Shown here: one piece after another, positions 25,759 through 26,733 of the stretch
Layout: every line of letters begins with the position of its first letter
Position numbering within the stretch: the first letter of the stretch is position 1
Virus record (IMG/VR): IMGVR_UViG_3300011337_000185
Span: 1 to 26,733 of that record
Source: a virus
Lineage: Duplodnaviria; Caudoviricetes
DNA: 26,733 bases
Reading direction: 5' to 3' (one strand)
Program-made: the position numbers and the translations under genes
Notes under the pieces: generated by a model
What the model was told of the DNA's origin: nothing
The model's database searches: none
What the model saw: the letters and a program-made list of their open reading frames with translations, nothing else

Positions 25759-26733
25759 ATGTTTGTAATACCAACCGCAGATGACCTTGTGACATTCATC
25801 AAAGAATTTACAGGTTCTACCAATGACGCAGAAATTAAAAAATGTATTTTTATGGCAGAAATGTCAATGAGAAACATTGAACTTCCAGCACTTCGCTGTG
25901 ATCCATATGCTATTGAAAACATTGGCATTGCGGATGCTCACGGAAGAATTCCTATTCCAGGTGATATGAACAAACCTATCTTGTTCTTTAAGCAAGGTGC
26001 TCAAGTAGCAACACAGGCTACTGCTACAGGCACAAGTGGTCAATATACTATTACCCTAACTTCTACACCACCACAACAAATCTCTACTGGTATGATTGTC
26101 AGTGGAACTGGTATTGCTACTAATGCTGTTATTGACAACATTACTGGCGGTGGTGGCAGCGGATCAGTAATCACATTAAACTTGGCTAATACTGGCACGG
26201 TTTCAGGAACTATTGTATTTGCTACTGATGGTGATTCCAGCAACCAAACAGGTCCTTGGATTGTCTATGACCGTATTGGCGACAGAGATATTATTACGCA
26301 GGGTATGATTGCTCAGTTATACTTACAACCAGTAAATGTGCCACAGGTAATTCGTGGTAAATTCAGTGAAGTAGCAGACAAGTATCAATTCTTACCTTAT
26401 GTGGCTCAAGGCGATTTAATCAATATGTATTACTATCGTGCTTGGCAGTTGTTATTTAGCCCTATTGAAGATGAACTAATCAGTGCTACTGGTAGTGTAA
26501 ATCCTATTTCAGGCACTGGACCTTGGACTATTGCTATTACTGGTATGACAGATATCAATGGCTTAAATGTCGGTGACCATATTACTGCTACAGCAGGAAC
26601 AGGTAGTTTAGGCACAGGCTTTACTACTGCTATCGTCACTGAACTAACAACATCTACCAGTATTAAAGTTGTAGTCACAGGTGGCACAAGTCCTACTGGT
26701 GGCACTATAACTAATATCAAAGTCATAGACAAA
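25759..26733 (+). CDS. probable head-tail adaptor with inserted beta domains (3' truncated; not in the ORF track)
   Basis: AGAGGA SD; open to the window end: MFVIPTADDLVTFIKEFTGSTNDAEIKKCIFMAEMSMRNIEL...IPIPGDM...YQFLPY...MYYYR; helical N-terminus and position suggest an adaptor. Confidence 0.6.
   Translation, partial: MFVIPTADDLVTFIKEFTGSTNDAEIKKCIFMAEMSMRNIELPALRCDPYAIENIGIADAHGRIPIPGDMNKPILFFKQGAQVATQATATGTSGQYTITLTSTPPQQISTGMIVSGTGIATNAVIDNITGGGGSGSVITLNLANTGTVSGTIVFATDGDSSNQTGPWIVYDRIGDRDIITQGMIAQLYLQPVNVPQVIRGKFSEVADKYQFLPYVAQGDLINMYYYRAWQLLFSPIEDELISATGSVNPISGTGPWTIAITGMTDINGLNVGDHITATAGTGSLGTGFTTAIVTELTTSTSIKVVVTGGTSPTGGTITNIKVIDK

Noticed and set aside
25743-26732. Minus-strand ORFs at the right end
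   Set aside because: They are antisense to a continuous + strand ORF from 25759 that runs off the window.

Overview
The window is the virion-morphogenesis region of a short-tailed (podovirus-like) dsDNA phage, with genes almost all on the + strand. The order is: three unknown genes, a tail/stabilisation (P22 gp10-like) protein, a tail accessory protein, a long Pro/Thr repeat protein, three probable ejection proteins (the last carrying a truncated DNA-methyltransferase domain), a Dps ferritin, a reverse-strand GNAT, a probable small terminase, small basic proteins, the large terminase, a GT60-type GlcNAc transferase with a nucleotidyltransferase-like gene, portal, scaffold, an SU10/DUF5309-type major capsid protein and a truncated adaptor-like gene. 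No replication, lysis, integrase, sigma-factor or RNA genes were recognised. Main oddities: (1) a T4-late-like TAAATA(AT) element at about 12 gene boundaries, six of them exactly 5 nt before an SD-less ATG; (2) eight TonB-box-like EIIIT motifs in a mucin-like protein; (3) a mucin-type glycosyltransferase that may modify that protein; (4) a catalytically incomplete MTase domain fused to an ejection protein; (5) strong avoidance of many 4-bp palindromes. All family assignments come from recognising motifs by eye, not from database searches.
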